A stretch of DNA of 64,000 nt from an uncultured delta proteobacterium (GCA_963775425.1 CAVZJB010000003.1:544001-608000), one strand, 5' to 3'; positions 45,704 through 59,830 are shown, counted from the first letter of the stretch. Notes: generated by a model from the sequence alone, not told the origin. A program made the numbers and translations.

Positions 45704-47098
45704 CCCGCCGCGCTGCAGGCGTGGCTCGACACCGTGGGGGCGGCGCCGGCCTTCGGCGCGCTCCTGGGCGCCGTGCCGCACGCGGCGGTGTTCGCCGTGG
45801 ACCACGAGCGGCGCGTGGTCGCCTGGTCCCCGGGCGCCGAGGAGCTCCTCGGCTACCGCGCCGGCGAGATGATCGGCGAGGACTGCCGCAAGGGGAACCG
45901 CTGCACGAGCTGCATGAAGGGCTGCGGCGTCCAGGAGCACGGCACGCTCACCGCCATCCCGCTCGCGATGTATCGGAAGGACGGCTCGCTGGTGCGCGTG
46001 GACAAGTACGCGCGCGCCCTCCGCGACGGCGACGGGCGGTTCCTCGGCGCCGTCGAGGTGCTCGTGCCACGGGTGGAGCAGGCGCGGGCGGGGGCGCTCC
46101 CCATCATCGACGACGGCGGCGCGCTCGACGGCGACGCGATCTCCTTCCACGGCATCCTCACGCGCGACCCGGCGATGAAGCGGCTGTTCGACACCGTGAA
46201 GAACGTCGCGCGCACGGACGCGGCCGTGCTCCTGCGCGGGGAGAGCGGCAGCGGCAAGGAGCTGTTCGCGCGCGCCATCCACGACGAGAGCTTGCGCAAA
46301 GAGGGGCCGTACCTCGCCGTCAACTGCGCGGCCATCGCGCCCACGCTCCTCGAAAGCGAGCTGTTCGGCCACGAAAAGGGCGCGTTCACCGGCGCGGTGC
46401 AGGCCCACCAGGGGCTGTTCGAGCGCGCCGGCGGCGGGACGCTGTTCCTCGACGAGGTGGCCGAGCTGCCGTCGCCGCTGCAGGCCAAGCTGTTGCGCGT
46501 GCTCGAGGGAAGGAGCTTCACGCGCGTGGGCGGCACCAGGAGCGTCACCGTCGATGTCCGCGTCATCGCGGCCACGCACCGCTCGCTGCGCAAGGAGGTG
46601 GCGGCGGGGCGGTTTCGCGAGGACCTCATGTATCGTCTGCGCGTGGTCCCGCTCTTCATCCCCCCGCTGCGCGACCGCGACGGCGACGTCGCGCTGCTGC
46701 TCGAGCACTTCCGCGCCGCACACGGCGGCCGCCTGGCGGGCTTCTCGCCCGACGCGCTGCGCGCGCTGCTCGCGTGGCGTTGGCCGGGGAACGTGCGCGA
46801 GGTGAAAAACGTCGTCGAGTACGCCGCCGCCGTCTCCGCGTCCGACGTCGCCGGCCCCGCCGACCTGCCGCCCGAGATCACGGCCCCCGACGCGGCCCCT
46901 GCCGGGCGCAGCCCCGACGCCGCGCCCTCCGGCGGGCGCCCGACGAGCGGCCGGCGCCGGGCAGGGGTGGCGCCCGACGAGGCCGCCCGCGTGCGCCGCG
47001 CCCTCGAGGAGACCGACGGCAACGTCGGCGAGGCCGCGCGCCTGTTGGGCATGAGCCGGCCGACCTTCTGGCGGCGGCGCAAGGCGCTCGGCGTATGA
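45680..47098 (+). CDS. PAS-domain sigma54-dependent activator with a Cys cluster
   Basis: PAS-like N-terminus with [14 protein letters not shown]; [24 protein letters not shown]. Confidence 0.9.
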   Translation: MAMVKHETPAALQAWLDTVGAAPAFGALLGAVPHAAVFAVDHERRVVAWSPGAEELLGYRAGEMIGEDCRKGNRCTSCMKGCGVQEHGTLTAIPLAMYRKDGSLVRVDKYARALRDGDGRFLGAVEVLVPRVEQARAGALPIIDDGGALDGDAISFHGILTRDPAMKRLFDTVKNVARTDAAVLLRGESGSGKELFARAIHDESLRKEGPYLAVNCAAIAPTLLESELFGHEKGAFTGAVQAHQGLFERAGGGTLFLDEVAELPSPLQAKLLRVLEGRSFTRVGGTRSVTVDVRVIAATHRSLRKEVAAGRFREDLMYRLRVVPLFIPPLRDRDGDVALLLEHFRAAHGGRLAGFSPDALRALLAWRWPGNVREVKNVVEYAAAVSASDVAGPADLPPEITAPDAAPAGRSPDAAPSGGRPTSGRRRAGVAPDEAARVRRALEETDGNVGEAARLLGMSRPTFWRRRKALGV

Positions 47099-47994
47099 GC
47101 GGAGCCCCCGAGGAGCGCCACTCGGCGCTCTACCTCAGCGACGCCCGCGACCTGTGGTGGAACGCCGACTTCCTCGCGCTCCTCGCCGCGCGCGCGGGGT
47201 TGTCGAAGGCGCGGCGCGTCCTCGACGTTGGCGCCGGGCTCGGGCACTGGACCCGCACGGTGGCGCGGCTGTCGCCAGGGGCGGAGCTGGTCGGCCTCGA
47301 GCGTGACGCCGGCTGGGTGGAGCAGGCGCGCGCGCCGTCGATGCAGGCGCCCGCGGCGGTGTCGTTCCTCCAGGGCGTCGCCGAGGCCATCCCGTTCGAC
47401 GACGGCGCGTTCGACGTCGTCACCTGCCAGACGCTGCTCATCCACGTGAAGGACCCGCGGGCGGTGGTGCGGGAGATGTTGCGCGTGCTGGCGCCGGGCG
47501 GCCGGCTGCTGCTCGCCGAGCCGAACAACCTCGCGCAGACCGCGGCGCGGCTCGTCGTCGAGCCCGGCTTCGACGTCGACGACCTCCTCGCCACGCTGAA
47601 GCTCGAGGCCCTGTGCGAGAAGGGCAAGCACGCGCTGGGGCTCGGCTACAACTCCATCGGCGAGGGGCTCGCCGGCCTCCTCGATCCCGGTCTCGTCGAC
47701 GACGTGCAGGTGTTCAACAACGACAAGTGCGTGGTGTTCGCGCCCGGCGAGGATCACGCGGCGCGCCCCGAGGTCGTCGACCAGCGCCGCCTGCTCGCCG
47801 CCGGGCCGCTCGGCTGGCCCGAGGACGAGGCGCGCCGCTACTTCGTCGCCGGCGGCGGCGACCCCGCCGACTTCGCGCCCCTGTGCGAACGCGCCCGCCG
47901 CGCCGAGGAGCGCCGGCTGCGAGCGCTCGAGGACGGCGCGCTCGCGACCAACGAGGGCTCGCTGTTCTACGTGCTCGTCGCGCGCAAACGCTGA
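47095..47994 (+). CDS. class I SAM-dependent methyltransferase
   Basis: [26 protein letters not shown]. Confidence 0.85.
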   Translation: MSGAPEERHSALYLSDARDLWWNADFLALLAARAGLSKARRVLDVGAGLGHWTRTVARLSPGAELVGLERDAGWVEQARAPSMQAPAAVSFLQGVAEAIPFDDGAFDVVTCQTLLIHVKDPRAVVREMLRVLAPGGRLLLAEPNNLAQTAARLVVEPGFDVDDLLATLKLEALCEKGKHALGLGYNSIGEGLAGLLDPGLVDDVQVFNNDKCVVFAPGEDHAARPEVVDQRRLLAAGPLGWPEDEARRYFVAGGGDPADFAPLCERARRAEERRLRALEDGALATNEGSLFYVLVARKR

Positions 47995-48059
47995 CGCTGC
48001 GTCGCCCTGCCGCCGCGGCGTCCGTTGCGGCGGGCGCGCGCAGGTGACAAGCACGCGCG

Positions 48060-48656
48060 GTGACGGGTCGCTTCATCGTCCTCGAGGGCGCCGACGGTGT
48101 CGGCACCACCACCCAGATGCGGGCGCTGGCACAGCGGCTGTCGGCCCGCGGGCGGAGCGTGCACACGACGGCGGAGCCGAGCACGGGGCCGGTGGGCCTC
48201 CTCATCCGCGAGCTCCTCAAGACGCGGGCGCACGACGACGCCACCAAGCGGGAGCTGGCGCTGCTGTTCGCGGCCGATCGCCTGCACCACCACGCGCGCG
48301 AGATCGCGCCGCGGCTCGCCGCCGGCGACGACGTCATCAGCGACCGCTACGTGCTGTCGAGCCTGGTCTACCAGTCGCTGGACCTGCCGCTCGAGTGGGT
48401 CCGCGCCCTCAACGCGCACGCGCCGGCGGCGGACGCGACGCTGCTCGTCACGCTCCCGGTCGACGTCGCGCTCGGCCGCCTCGGCGCGCGGTCCGAGCGC
48501 GACCTGTTCGAGACGCGCGCCATCCAGGAGCGCGTGCACGCCCGCTATCAGGAGCTCGCCTGCGAGGTCGCCGCCGCCGTGGTCGACGGCGGCGGGGCCA
48601 TCGACGTCGTCACCGAGCGCCTCCTGCGCGTCCTCGACGGCGCGGGGCTGTGGTGA
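48060..48656 (+). CDS. tmk: thymidylate kinase
   Basis: FIVLEGADGVGTTTQ, EP, LFAADR, DRY..SS..YQ. Confidence 0.88.
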   Translation: MTGRFIVLEGADGVGTTTQMRALAQRLSARGRSVHTTAEPSTGPVGLLIRELLKTRAHDDATKRELALLFAADRLHHHAREIAPRLAAGDDVISDRYVLSSLVYQSLDLPLEWVRALNAHAPAADATLLVTLPVDVALGRLGARSERDLFETRAIQERVHARYQELACEVAAAVVDGGGAIDVVTERLLRVLDGAGLW

Positions 48657-49528
48657 GCCCCGCCCCGCCGCGGGTGCTCACGTGCGGCGACCGCGCGCTC
48701 GAGATCGGCGCGCGCACCTTCGTGATGGGCGTCGTCAACGTCACGCCGGACTCGTTCTCCGACGGCGGGCTCCACGTGGCGCCCGCCGCCGCCGTCGATC
48801 ATGCCCTCAGGCTCCTCGACGACGGCGCCGACGTCCTCGACATCGGCGGCGAGTCCACCCGGCCGGGGGCCGCCGCCGTCACCGCCGACGAGGAGAGCGC
48901 GCGCGTGCTGCCCGTCGTCGAGGCCCTCGCCGCCCGCGGCGTCACCAACGTCTCCGTCGACACCCGTCGCGCCGCCGTCGCCGCGGCCGCGCTCGACGCG
49001 GGCGCGTCGTGGGTCAACGACGTCAGCGCCCTCGCCGACGACCCCGCCATGCCCGCGGTGGCCGCCCGCGCCGGCGCCGTGGTCCTGATGCACCGCCGCC
49101 CGTTCACCACCACGCCCGGGGCCGCCCCCGGGCGCCACGGCGACGACGCGAGCTACGGCGGCGACGTCGTCGGCGCGGTCCAGAGCTTCCTCGCCGCCCG
49201 CGTGCAGGCCGCGGTCGACGCCGGCGTCGCCCGCGGGCGCATCGTGGTCGACCCCGGCATCGGCTTCGGCAAGTCCGTCGAGGACAACGTCCGCCTCATC
49301 AAGGCCGCCGCGCGCTTGTCGAGCTTCGGCGCCGTCCTCGTGGGGCCTTCGCGCAAGCGCTTCCTGGGGGCGCTCACCGGCGTCGACGACCCCGCCGCCC
49401 GCGACGCCGCCACCCTCGGGGCGGTCGCCGCCGCCGTCTTCCACGGCGCCCACATCGTCCGGGTCCACGACGTGAGGGGTGCCGTTCAGTGCGCCAAGGT
49501 CGTCGACGCCGTCGTGCGCGTCCGTTAG
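48653..49528 (+). CDS. folP: dihydropteroate synthase
   Basis: NVTPDSFSDGG, GGESTRPG, DPGIGFGK, SRKRF, RVHDV. Confidence 0.95.
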   Translation: MSPAPPRVLTCGDRALEIGARTFVMGVVNVTPDSFSDGGLHVAPAAAVDHALRLLDDGADVLDIGGESTRPGAAAVTADEESARVLPVVEALAARGVTNVSVDTRRAAVAAAALDAGASWVNDVSALADDPAMPAVAARAGAVVLMHRRPFTTTPGAAPGRHGDDASYGGDVVGAVQSFLAARVQAAVDAGVARGRIVVDPGIGFGKSVEDNVRLIKAAARLSSFGAVLVGPSRKRFLGALTGVDDPAARDAATLGAVAAAVFHGAHIVRVHDVRGAVQCAKVVDAVVRVR

Positions 49529-49537
49529 AACCCGCCG

Positions 49538-50236
49538 ATGAGCTTCGCGAAGCCCGGCACCGGCGACACCGACTACGAGCGTTACATCCGCACCCAGGAG
49601 CTGTTGGCGCTCCAGAAGCGGCCGGACCAGCTCGTCAACGACGACGAGCTCTTCTTCCAGTCCATCCACCAGGCGATGGAGATCTGGATGAAGGTGGCCG
49701 CCTTCGAGCTCACCAAGATCACCCGCTACCTCGACGGCGACCGGCTGCCGCGGGCCGCCCACCACCTGCGCCGGCTCGCGTCCATCATCGACTACCTCGG
49801 GGCGGGCCTGCCCATCCTCGAGACGATGACCCAGGCCGACTACCACGAGATCCGCCTCGCGCTCGGCCGCGGCTCCGGCCAGGACTCGCCGGGCTTCAAC
49901 CACCTGCTCGACGAGCTGCCGGCGCTGTGGGCGCCGTTTCAGCGCCTGCTCGACCGCCGTGAGCTCGAGCTCCTGCCGCTGTTCTCGGCGCCGCACGAGC
50001 CCACGCACGACGACGTGTTCCGGGTGGCGCAGGCCCTCATCGACGTCGACAAGGCCTTCCAACACTTCCGCTACGTGCACCTCCAGATGGCGCGCCGCGA
50101 GATCGGCCTGGCGGTGAAGTCCTTGAAGGGCGTGCCCGCGAGGAACCTCGAGCAAGGTGTGTTGAAGGCCGCCTTCCCCGAGCTTTGGAAGGTCATCGAG
50201 GACCTCACCGTATCCACCAATCCTGTGTACGGTTGA
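49538..50236 (+). CDS. tryptophan 2,3-dioxygenase family protein
   Basis: YERYI, DELFFQSIHQAME, IR..LG.GSGQDSPGF, FPELW. Confidence 0.8.
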   Translation: MSFAKPGTGDTDYERYIRTQELLALQKRPDQLVNDDELFFQSIHQAMEIWMKVAAFELTKITRYLDGDRLPRAAHHLRRLASIIDYLGAGLPILETMTQADYHEIRLALGRGSGQDSPGFNHLLDELPALWAPFQRLLDRRELELLPLFSAPHEPTHDDVFRVAQALIDVDKAFQHFRYVHLQMARREIGLAVKSLKGVPARNLEQGVLKAAFPELWKVIEDLTVSTNPVYG

Positions 50237-50523
50237 GCGCCTTGAAGAAGAAGCGGACGAAGCCAGCGAAAGGCGGCAAGGCCCGCCGGCGCCGCCGCAC
50301 CGCGCCCGGGTCGGGCGCGAGCAAGCGCCCGCGCCGCGCCCCGCGCATCAAGAAGCGCCGCGGCCCCATCCAGCTCCTGCTGCCCTTGCAGATGCCGCTG
50401 GCCCTCGGGGTGTCCGCGTTCGCCGAGCGCCCCGCGCCCCCGGGCTCGTCGCCGCCCGGGGCGCTCGAGGATCCGGCGCCGCCGGCCGCGCCGCTCGGCG
50501 AGCAGCGCGCCCTGTGGGACTGA
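50233..50523 (+). CDS. small Lys/Arg-rich hypothetical protein
   Basis: TTG overlapping the previous stop (TTGA); high-GC3 codons; basic N-terminal half. Confidence 0.45.
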   Translation: MSALKKKRTKPAKGGKARRRRRTAPGSGASKRPRRAPRIKKRRGPIQLLLPLQMPLALGVSAFAERPAPPGSSPPGALEDPAPPAAPLGEQRALWD

Positions 50524-50582
50524 CGACGACGTTTTGCCGCGGGGCCGTCGGCACGGGCGCTCACGGCGCCCGGGTCGGCAGC

Positions 50583-52103
<1,521 letters not shown>

Positions 52104-52190
52104 CGCAGCCACCTTCGCATCGAGCTTCGGGATTCGGAAGCGAGCTGGCTCGCGTACCTTTTCGAGGGCGTGTGGTAGCGTCCCCGCCGT

Positions 52191-52703
52191 ATGCGGCTCC
52201 CACGTCGTCATGCTCCCCCTCCCAAGACGCTCGTCGCGCTCGCGATGCTCGTGGGCGCGCTGCCGTTGAGCGGGTCCAACTGTCTCGACGAGGGCGGCGG
52301 CCCGTCGGCGGCGCGACAGCAATGCGAGGCCGTGTGCGACGCCGAGGGGCAGTGCAACGACGCCGACCCGAGCATCGCGCGCAGCAAGGCCGCGTGCCTC
52401 GCGGCGCTGTGCACCGCCGACGGCTTCAACACCGTCCCCGACGGCGACAACTCCCTCGACCTCGCCACCCTCGCCGCCAACGACTGCGAGCGCACCGCCA
52501 CCGACTGCGCCGAGCTGCTGTTGTGCTCGTGCCCGGACTCCTGCGCGCGCACCGACCAGTGCACCGGCGAGCAGACGTCGTCGTGCGTCGACGACTGCGA
52601 GAACGTCCTCGCGCAAGACCCCTCTTTGTACGCGGAGAACAGATGCAAGATGGAGAGCACCTGCGCCGACCTGGCGGCGTGCGGCCAGGCTTCGGGCGAG
52701 TGA
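52191..52703 (+). CDS. Cys-rich secreted protein or lipoprotein
   Basis: Hydrophobic segment ending LSGSNC; regularly spaced Cys. Confidence 0.65.
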   Translation: MRLPRRHAPPPKTLVALAMLVGALPLSGSNCLDEGGGPSAARQQCEAVCDAEGQCNDADPSIARSKAACLAALCTADGFNTVPDGDNSLDLATLAANDCERTATDCAELLLCSCPDSCARTDQCTGEQTSSCVDDCENVLAQDPSLYAENRCKMESTCADLAACGQASGE

Positions 52704-53575
52704 TGAAGCGCAGCCGCTCCCTCCGGTCGCTGATCGGCGCGGCCGCTCCCTCCGGTCGCCTGGTGCTGACGGCGCTCGTCGTCGCCGCCGCCTTCGCCGC
52801 GCCCGCGCGCGCCGGCGACGACGCCGCGGCCGACGCGCCCGCTCCGGCGGCGGCCGGCGACGGCGAGACCAAGCCCGTGTTCCTCGTCACCGACGTCATC
52901 GTCGACGACGGCGTCGGCCTCGACAAGGACGCCGCGCGCGACTCGCTCGCCACGCGCTTCGGCAGGCTGCGCGACAAGATCGAGGTGCGCTCGCTCGGCG
53001 AGGTGAAGTCCACGCTCGACCGCGCGGCCGTGGCGCAGATGCTCGGCTCGTCGTCGTCCGACGAGGAGATCAACAAGATCGGCCAGTACGTCGCCGTCGA
53101 CCGCATCGTCTTCGGCCGCATCCACCAGGTGGCGGGCGTCACCGAGGTGCAGGTGAAGCTGTTCAACACCAGGGACGGCGTCACCGAGTGGGGCGCGTCG
53201 CGCCGCCTGAAGGCGGGGGCGCCGCCCTCGTTGATCCTCACGCTGCTCGACTCGCTCGGCGACGGCCTGTTGTCGTTCGTCGTCGACACCTACACAGACG
53301 GCGCCGCGAGCGCGAAGTTCGCCGCGCTGAAGGCCAAGAAGATCATACACGTGGCCCCCGCGCCGCCGCCGCCTCCCGGCAGCCCCTGGGGCATGCTCGG
53401 CGTCGTCGGCGGCGTGGTCGCCGGCGCCGGCATCGGCGTCGCCACCGTCGGCGGCATCGCCCTGGCGCAGGACGGCAACCAGGCGAGCCAGCTCCCGCTC
53501 ATCCTCGCGGGCGCGGGCGCCGGCGCCGCCGTGCTCGGCACCGCGCTCGTGGTCGTCGACGGCGCCACGGACTGA
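52703..53575 (+). CDS. hypothetical exported protein with C-terminal hydrophobic helices
   Basis: Signal peptide, alpha/beta core (VDRIVFGRI), Pro linker, two Gly-rich hydrophobic segments; TGATG overlap. Confidence 0.65.
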   Translation: MKRSRSLRSLIGAAAPSGRLVLTALVVAAAFAAPARAGDDAAADAPAPAAAGDGETKPVFLVTDVIVDDGVGLDKDAARDSLATRFGRLRDKIEVRSLGEVKSTLDRAAVAQMLGSSSSDEEINKIGQYVAVDRIVFGRIHQVAGVTEVQVKLFNTRDGVTEWGASRRLKAGAPPSLILTLLDSLGDGLLSFVVDTYTDGAASAKFAALKAKKIIHVAPAPPPPPGSPWGMLGVVGGVVAGAGIGVATVGGIALAQDGNQASQLPLILAGAGAGAAVLGTALVVVDGATD

Positions 53576-53610
53576 CGCTCCCCAGGGCGCCACGGGGGCA
53601 AGCGCGTCTT

Positions 53611-54516
53611 TCACAGACACAGCTCGAGGCCTTCGCGCGCCACCGTGGTCGCGGCGAAGCGCTTGCGCGCGCGCACGGAGAGCAGGTCCATGAACGTGTC
53701 GTCGTGGCCGGGGTCGTGGTGGAACAGGCAGAGCTGCTTGACGCCTGCGGCCTCGGCGACGGCGGCGCCCATCTCGAAGGTGGAGTGGCCCCAGCCGCGG
53801 CGCGAGAAGGTGCCCCGGCCCTCGTACTCCTCGGGCGTGTACATGGCGTCGAAGACGAGCATGTCCGCGCCGCGGGCGAGGTCGACCAGGCCGTCGAACA
53901 CGGCGCCGTCGCTGCCCTCGGCGAGCTCGAGGTCGGTGGCGTAGACCGCGCTGCTGCCGCCGTGCTCCACGCGATACGCGACGCAGCCGTTCGGGTGATC
54001 GACGCCGACGTGCCGCACGACGACGTCGTCGAGCGCGATGGCCTCACCGTAGGGCACATCGACGAAGCGCAGGTCCGCCTTCATGGCGTCGAGGCCCACG
54101 GGGAAGTTCGGCGCCGTCATCTGCGCCGCCATCGCCTCGCGCACCGACGACGGGGCCGGGCCCTCGAGGGAGGGCGAGCCGTCGTGGAGCGTCTGCGGCA
54201 CGTCGTCGTCCCACGGCCCCGGCGGCGGGGACTGCACGCCGTACACGGTGAGGTGGTTCTTCGGCGCGAACGCGGGCCCGAAGAAGGGGAAGCCCTGGAT
54301 GTGGTCCCAGTGCAGGTGCGAGAAGAACAGGTGCGCGTCGACGCCGGAGAAGCCGAGCTCGTTGCCGAGCTTCCGGATGCCGGTGCCCGCGTCGAAGATG
54401 AGGGTCTTTCCGCCGGCGTGCATCGCGACGCACGAGGTGTTACCGCCATACCTGCGCGTCTCGTCGCCCGCCGTCGCAATGGAGCCGCGCACACCGTAGA
54501 GCTTGAGTCGAATCAT
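53611..54516 (-). CDS. MBL-fold metallo-hydrolase (RNase Z/phosphodiesterase-like)
   Basis: GVRGSI, YGGNTSC, DAGTG, SHLHWDHIQG, GWGHS, FHHDP. Confidence 0.88.
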   Translation of the reverse strand: MIRLKLYGVRGSIATAGDETRRYGGNTSCVAMHAGGKTLIFDAGTGIRKLGNELGFSGVDAHLFFSHLHWDHIQGFPFFGPAFAPKNHLTVYGVQSPPPGPWDDDVPQTLHDGSPSLEGPAPSSVREAMAAQMTAPNFPVGLDAMKADLRFVDVPYGEAIALDDVVVRHVGVDHPNGCVAYRVEHGGSSAVYATDLELAEGSDGAVFDGLVDLARGADMLVFDAMYTPEEYEGRGTFSRRGWGHSTFEMGAAVAEAAGVKQLCLFHHDPGHDDTFMDLLSVRARKRFAATTVAREGLELCL

Positions 54517-54553
54517 CCCGTCCTCCTCTTTGCCCGCGTAGGAACCACGTCGC

Positions 54554-55728
54554 GTGCCATCCGATGAAACCCCGCAAGATCAGCCACTTGCGCCGACGGC
54601 CGCGCCGCCGGGTGCACCAGCGGAGCGCACGGTGACCGATCCTGGCGCAGCCGGTCCGGGCGCCACCGAGCGCCGCCGCGCGCTGCAGCCCTTGTGGAAC
54701 GCGCTCGACGCGCACCTCGCGCCACACGCGGCGGCCGGCGGCGCGCTGCTCGCCGTCAGCGGCGGGCCCGACTCGCGCGCGCTCCTCGAGGCGGCGGCGC
54801 GCTGGCCGCGGCGCCACGAGCTCGCCCTCGAGGTGGCCTCGGTGGATCACGGCACGCGCGAGGCGTCCTTCGCCGAGGCCGACGCCGTCGTCGCCCGCGC
54901 GCGCGCCCTGGGCTTCAGCGCGCACCTGCTGCGCTTACGGCGGGGGCTGCGCGGCGAGGCGGCGTGGCGCGACGCGCGCTACCGGGCGTTGTCGTCGTGC
55001 GCGCGCGGCGCCGGTCTCGGCGCCGTCGTCGTCGCGCACCACGCCGGCGACGCGGCCGAGGGGCTGCTCCTGGCGCTCACCGGCGAGGGCGGAGGGGCGA
55101 TGGTCCCCGCGCGCGCGCTCTTCGACGTCGTCGTCGTGCGTCCCTTCCTCACGCTCCGCCGCGAGGACCTGCGGCTCGCGCTGGCGGCGTGCGACGCGGT
55201 CGATACGTTTACGGAGCCGGACGCGTCGTCGGCGCGCGCGCGGGTGCGCCGCGACGTGCTCGCGCCGCTCGAGGCCGCTGCGCGCTTCATGGGTCGCGGG
55301 CGCCTCGAGGCGCGCCTCGCCGCGCGCGCCCGCTCGCTCGCCGACGACGACGAGGCGCTCGCCGCCGCCGCCGCCGTCGTCGGCCTCGTCGGCGAAGACG
55401 CGGACGGCGTCGTGCACGTCGCCGCCGCGCCCCCCGCCGTGTTCCGGCGTGCCTTGCGCGCGGCGCTCGAGGCCGTCTGGGCGCGCGACGGATCTGCGGG
55501 GCGGGGCAGGACGGATCCGCGCGACGCTGCGGCGGGGGTCGAGGTGGCCCTCGGCCTCGTGGCGGCCGGTCGGGCGGGCCACGTCGACGTCTCCGGCGCC
55601 GCCATCGACGTCGGCCCCCGCGGGGGGGCGAGAGTTGCCGTGCGGCCACCCCCAACGCATGATGGGAGGGTCGATACTAGACTTTCCGCGCTGCGCCCCG
55701 TGCCCATGATGGGGCGTGAGGATTCCGA

Positions 55729-55732
<4 letters not shown>
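54554..55732 (+). CDS. tilS: tRNA(Ile)-lysidine synthetase (divergent)
   Basis: AVSGGPDS, VDHG.R, RDARY, AHH..D, RPFL; directly upstream of ftsH; start uncertain. Confidence 0.75.
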
Positions 55733-57680
<1,948 letters not shown>

Positions 57681-57684
<4 letters not shown>

Positions 57685-57842
57685 CCGAAGGCGACGCTCC
57701 GGCGTCACCCGCGGCGCCCTCGGCCGCGCCTTCGTTCCAGCTGTCCTGCGGCGTCATCCTGCCGCTCGACGCCGTGTTCATCTTCGGCGTGTACCGCCGC
57801 TTTCGTTCGCGCGCGCCGTCGCTCGTGCAGGGCGCCGGCTGA
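57681..57842 (+). pseudogene. 53-codon ORF, probable remnant of a paralog of the downstream membrane protein
   Basis: Overlaps the ftsH stop (TTGA) and the next start (TGATG); GVILPLDAVFIFGVYRRF resembles GVVLPLAAAYAFAVRRRL. Confidence 0.4.
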
Positions 57843-58732
57843 TGCCGGAGCGCGCGGGGGCGTGGCAAAAGCCGTCGAGCGCCGCCGGCGCCGTCGTCAC
57901 CGCCGCGTTCCACCCGCCGGCGTCGCCCGCCGCGCGCCACGGCCTCGTCGTCGACGTCGTCCGCCTCGGCGCGCCCGAGCTGCCGTGGCTCGGGCCCTTC
58001 GCGCTCGTGGCCGCGGCCGCCGCGCTCGTCGCCGCCGGCGACGGCCCCGCCGCCGTCGACGGCGCCGCCGTCGCCGTCGTGCGCGCCGCCTGCGCCGGCG
58101 CCGCCATCCTCGTCACCGCCGCCGGCTTGTGCGTGGGCTTCGCCCGCCTCGACGTCCGGTCCCGCGGCGTGGCCGGCGGCGTCGGTGGCGGCTTCCTGCG
58201 CGCGTCCCTGTCGCGCGCCGCGCCCATGGCGCTGCTGCTCACGGGCGCGTGCGCCGCCTGCGCGGGGCCCGCGCTCGTCGCCGCGCGCGCCTTCGACGTG
58301 CCCGCCGACCTCGCCGCCGGCGACGCCGCGGCGCGCTTCACGGTGCTCCTCGCGTGCGCCGTCTTCCTCGGCGCGCTCGCGCTCGTCGTCGGGGCGCGCC
58401 TGCTGGTCGCCGCGCCGCTGCTGGCGCTCGACCGGCTCGGGCCCGGCGCCGCCGTCGTGGGCGCCTGGGGCCTCACCGAGGACGCCACGTGGGCGCTCAC
58501 CTGGCGCGCGGGGCTCGGCGCGGCGCTCGCGGTCGTCGTCGTCCTCGCGGTCCGCGCGCTCACGCTCGCCGCGGCCGCGAAGGCCGGCGCGTCCCTGGGC
58601 GCCGGCGGGGCGGCCGCGGCCGCGGACGCCGCCGCGTTCCTCGTCGTCGCCGGGGTCGTGCTGCCGCTCGCCGCCGCCTACGCGTTTGCGGTGCGCCGCC
58701 GCCTCGCGCCCGTCGACGACGCGCTCGCTTGA
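57842..58732 (+). CDS. Ala-rich polytopic membrane protein
   Basis: Several long hydrophobic segments. Confidence 0.6.
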   Translation: MPERAGAWQKPSSAAGAVVTAAFHPPASPAARHGLVVDVVRLGAPELPWLGPFALVAAAAALVAAGDGPAAVDGAAVAVVRAACAGAAILVTAAGLCVGFARLDVRSRGVAGGVGGGFLRASLSRAAPMALLLTGACAACAGPALVAARAFDVPADLAAGDAAARFTVLLACAVFLGALALVVGARLLVAAPLLALDRLGPGAAVVGAWGLTEDATWALTWRAGLGAALAVVVVLAVRALTLAAAAKAGASLGAGGAAAAADAAAFLVVAGVVLPLAAAYAFAVRRRLAPVDDALA

Positions 58733-58749
58733 CGGCCCCGTCGTTCGAG

Positions 58750-59760
58750 CTAGGGCTCGCGCGTCGGGATCGCGGCCAGGATGGCGGCGATGAGCGCGTC
58801 GGCGTCGGCAGGAGCGAGGGCCCCCTCGTCGACGAGCTTGTCTTCGAGCGCGTCGTGGATGGGCGCGATGAAGTTGACGCTGAAGAAGCGGCCGCCGAGG
58901 AGCTTTTTGTCGCGCACCGCAACGCGGACGTCGTCGAACGCCGGGACGACGCCGCGCGGGAGCCGCGGCAGGTCGACGGCGCGCATCTCGCCCCACAGCG
59001 AGTTGCCGAGGTGGCGGGCGCGCGGACGGCCGTCGATCACCTCGAGGGCGCCCCAGGTGAACCACCCGGCCTCGACCTCGACGGTGCGCGCCCCGGAGCG
59101 GGCGTGCGCCATGCAATCGCGCCCCTCGAGGAGCGCGATGAGGTGGAACCCGCCGCGCACCCCGAAGGCGCGCAGCCGCCGCACCACCGGCCGCGGGCCG
59201 TCGAGCTCGATGAGCAGGAGGGGCTCGTCGTCGAGCATGTCGAGGACGCTGGTGAGGAACCCCGCGTGCTGCGCGCCGGTGGCCTCGAAGATCGCGCGAA
59301 CGGCGCCGGCGCCGGGGTGCGCGCGCAGCCGCTTGCGGGCGTCGACGTCGCGGGCGAGGCGGGCCATGGCGCCGACGACGGCGAGCGGCCAGGCCCGCGC
59401 CGGCGCCGGCGCCTCGCAGGCGGCCTTGTCGTCGGGCCCGGCGGGCCCGTCGAGCGGGAGATCCTTGTCGGCCTCGGCGAGCGGCACCAGCGCCTCGGCG
59501 ATGCGCGCGACGACGTCGAGGACGATGTCGATGCCGGTGGCCGGTGTGGCGCCCGCCTCGACGAGGCTGCCGCTGGCGATGAGCCGCAGCGCGGCGCTCA
59601 TGGGCGGCGCGTCGCGCGCGCCGTCGAGGAGCGCGGCCACGGCGGCGTCCTTGTCGGCGCGCGACGCCGCCTGTGCCGCGGCGTTCATCGGTCCCCACGG
59701 GATGGCGGCGCCGTCGTCGATGGCGCGGGCGGCGGCGGCGGCGGCCTCGGCGAGGAGCAT
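58750..59760 (-). CDS. hypothetical protein
   Basis: Long ORF with high-GC3 codon usage; ATG after GGAGG; no recognised motif. Confidence 0.6.
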   Translation of the reverse strand: MLLAEAAAAAARAIDDGAAIPWGPMNAAAQAASRADKDAAVAALLDGARDAPPMSAALRLIASGSLVEAGATPATGIDIVLDVVARIAEALVPLAEADKDLPLDGPAGPDDKAACEAPAPARAWPLAVVGAMARLARDVDARKRLRAHPGAGAVRAIFEATGAQHAGFLTSVLDMLDDEPLLLIELDGPRPVVRRLRAFGVRGGFHLIALLEGRDCMAHARSGARTVEVEAGWFTWGALEVIDGRPRARHLGNSLWGEMRAVDLPRLPRGVVPAFDDVRVAVRDKKLLGGRFFSVNFIAPIHDALEDKLVDEGALAPADADALIAAILAAIPTREP

Positions 59761-59830
59761 TCCTCCGCGATAGCATGGGGGCGGTTGACCGGGTCCACGT
59801 GAGACGTGAGACCGTCTCCCGAGGATAACC

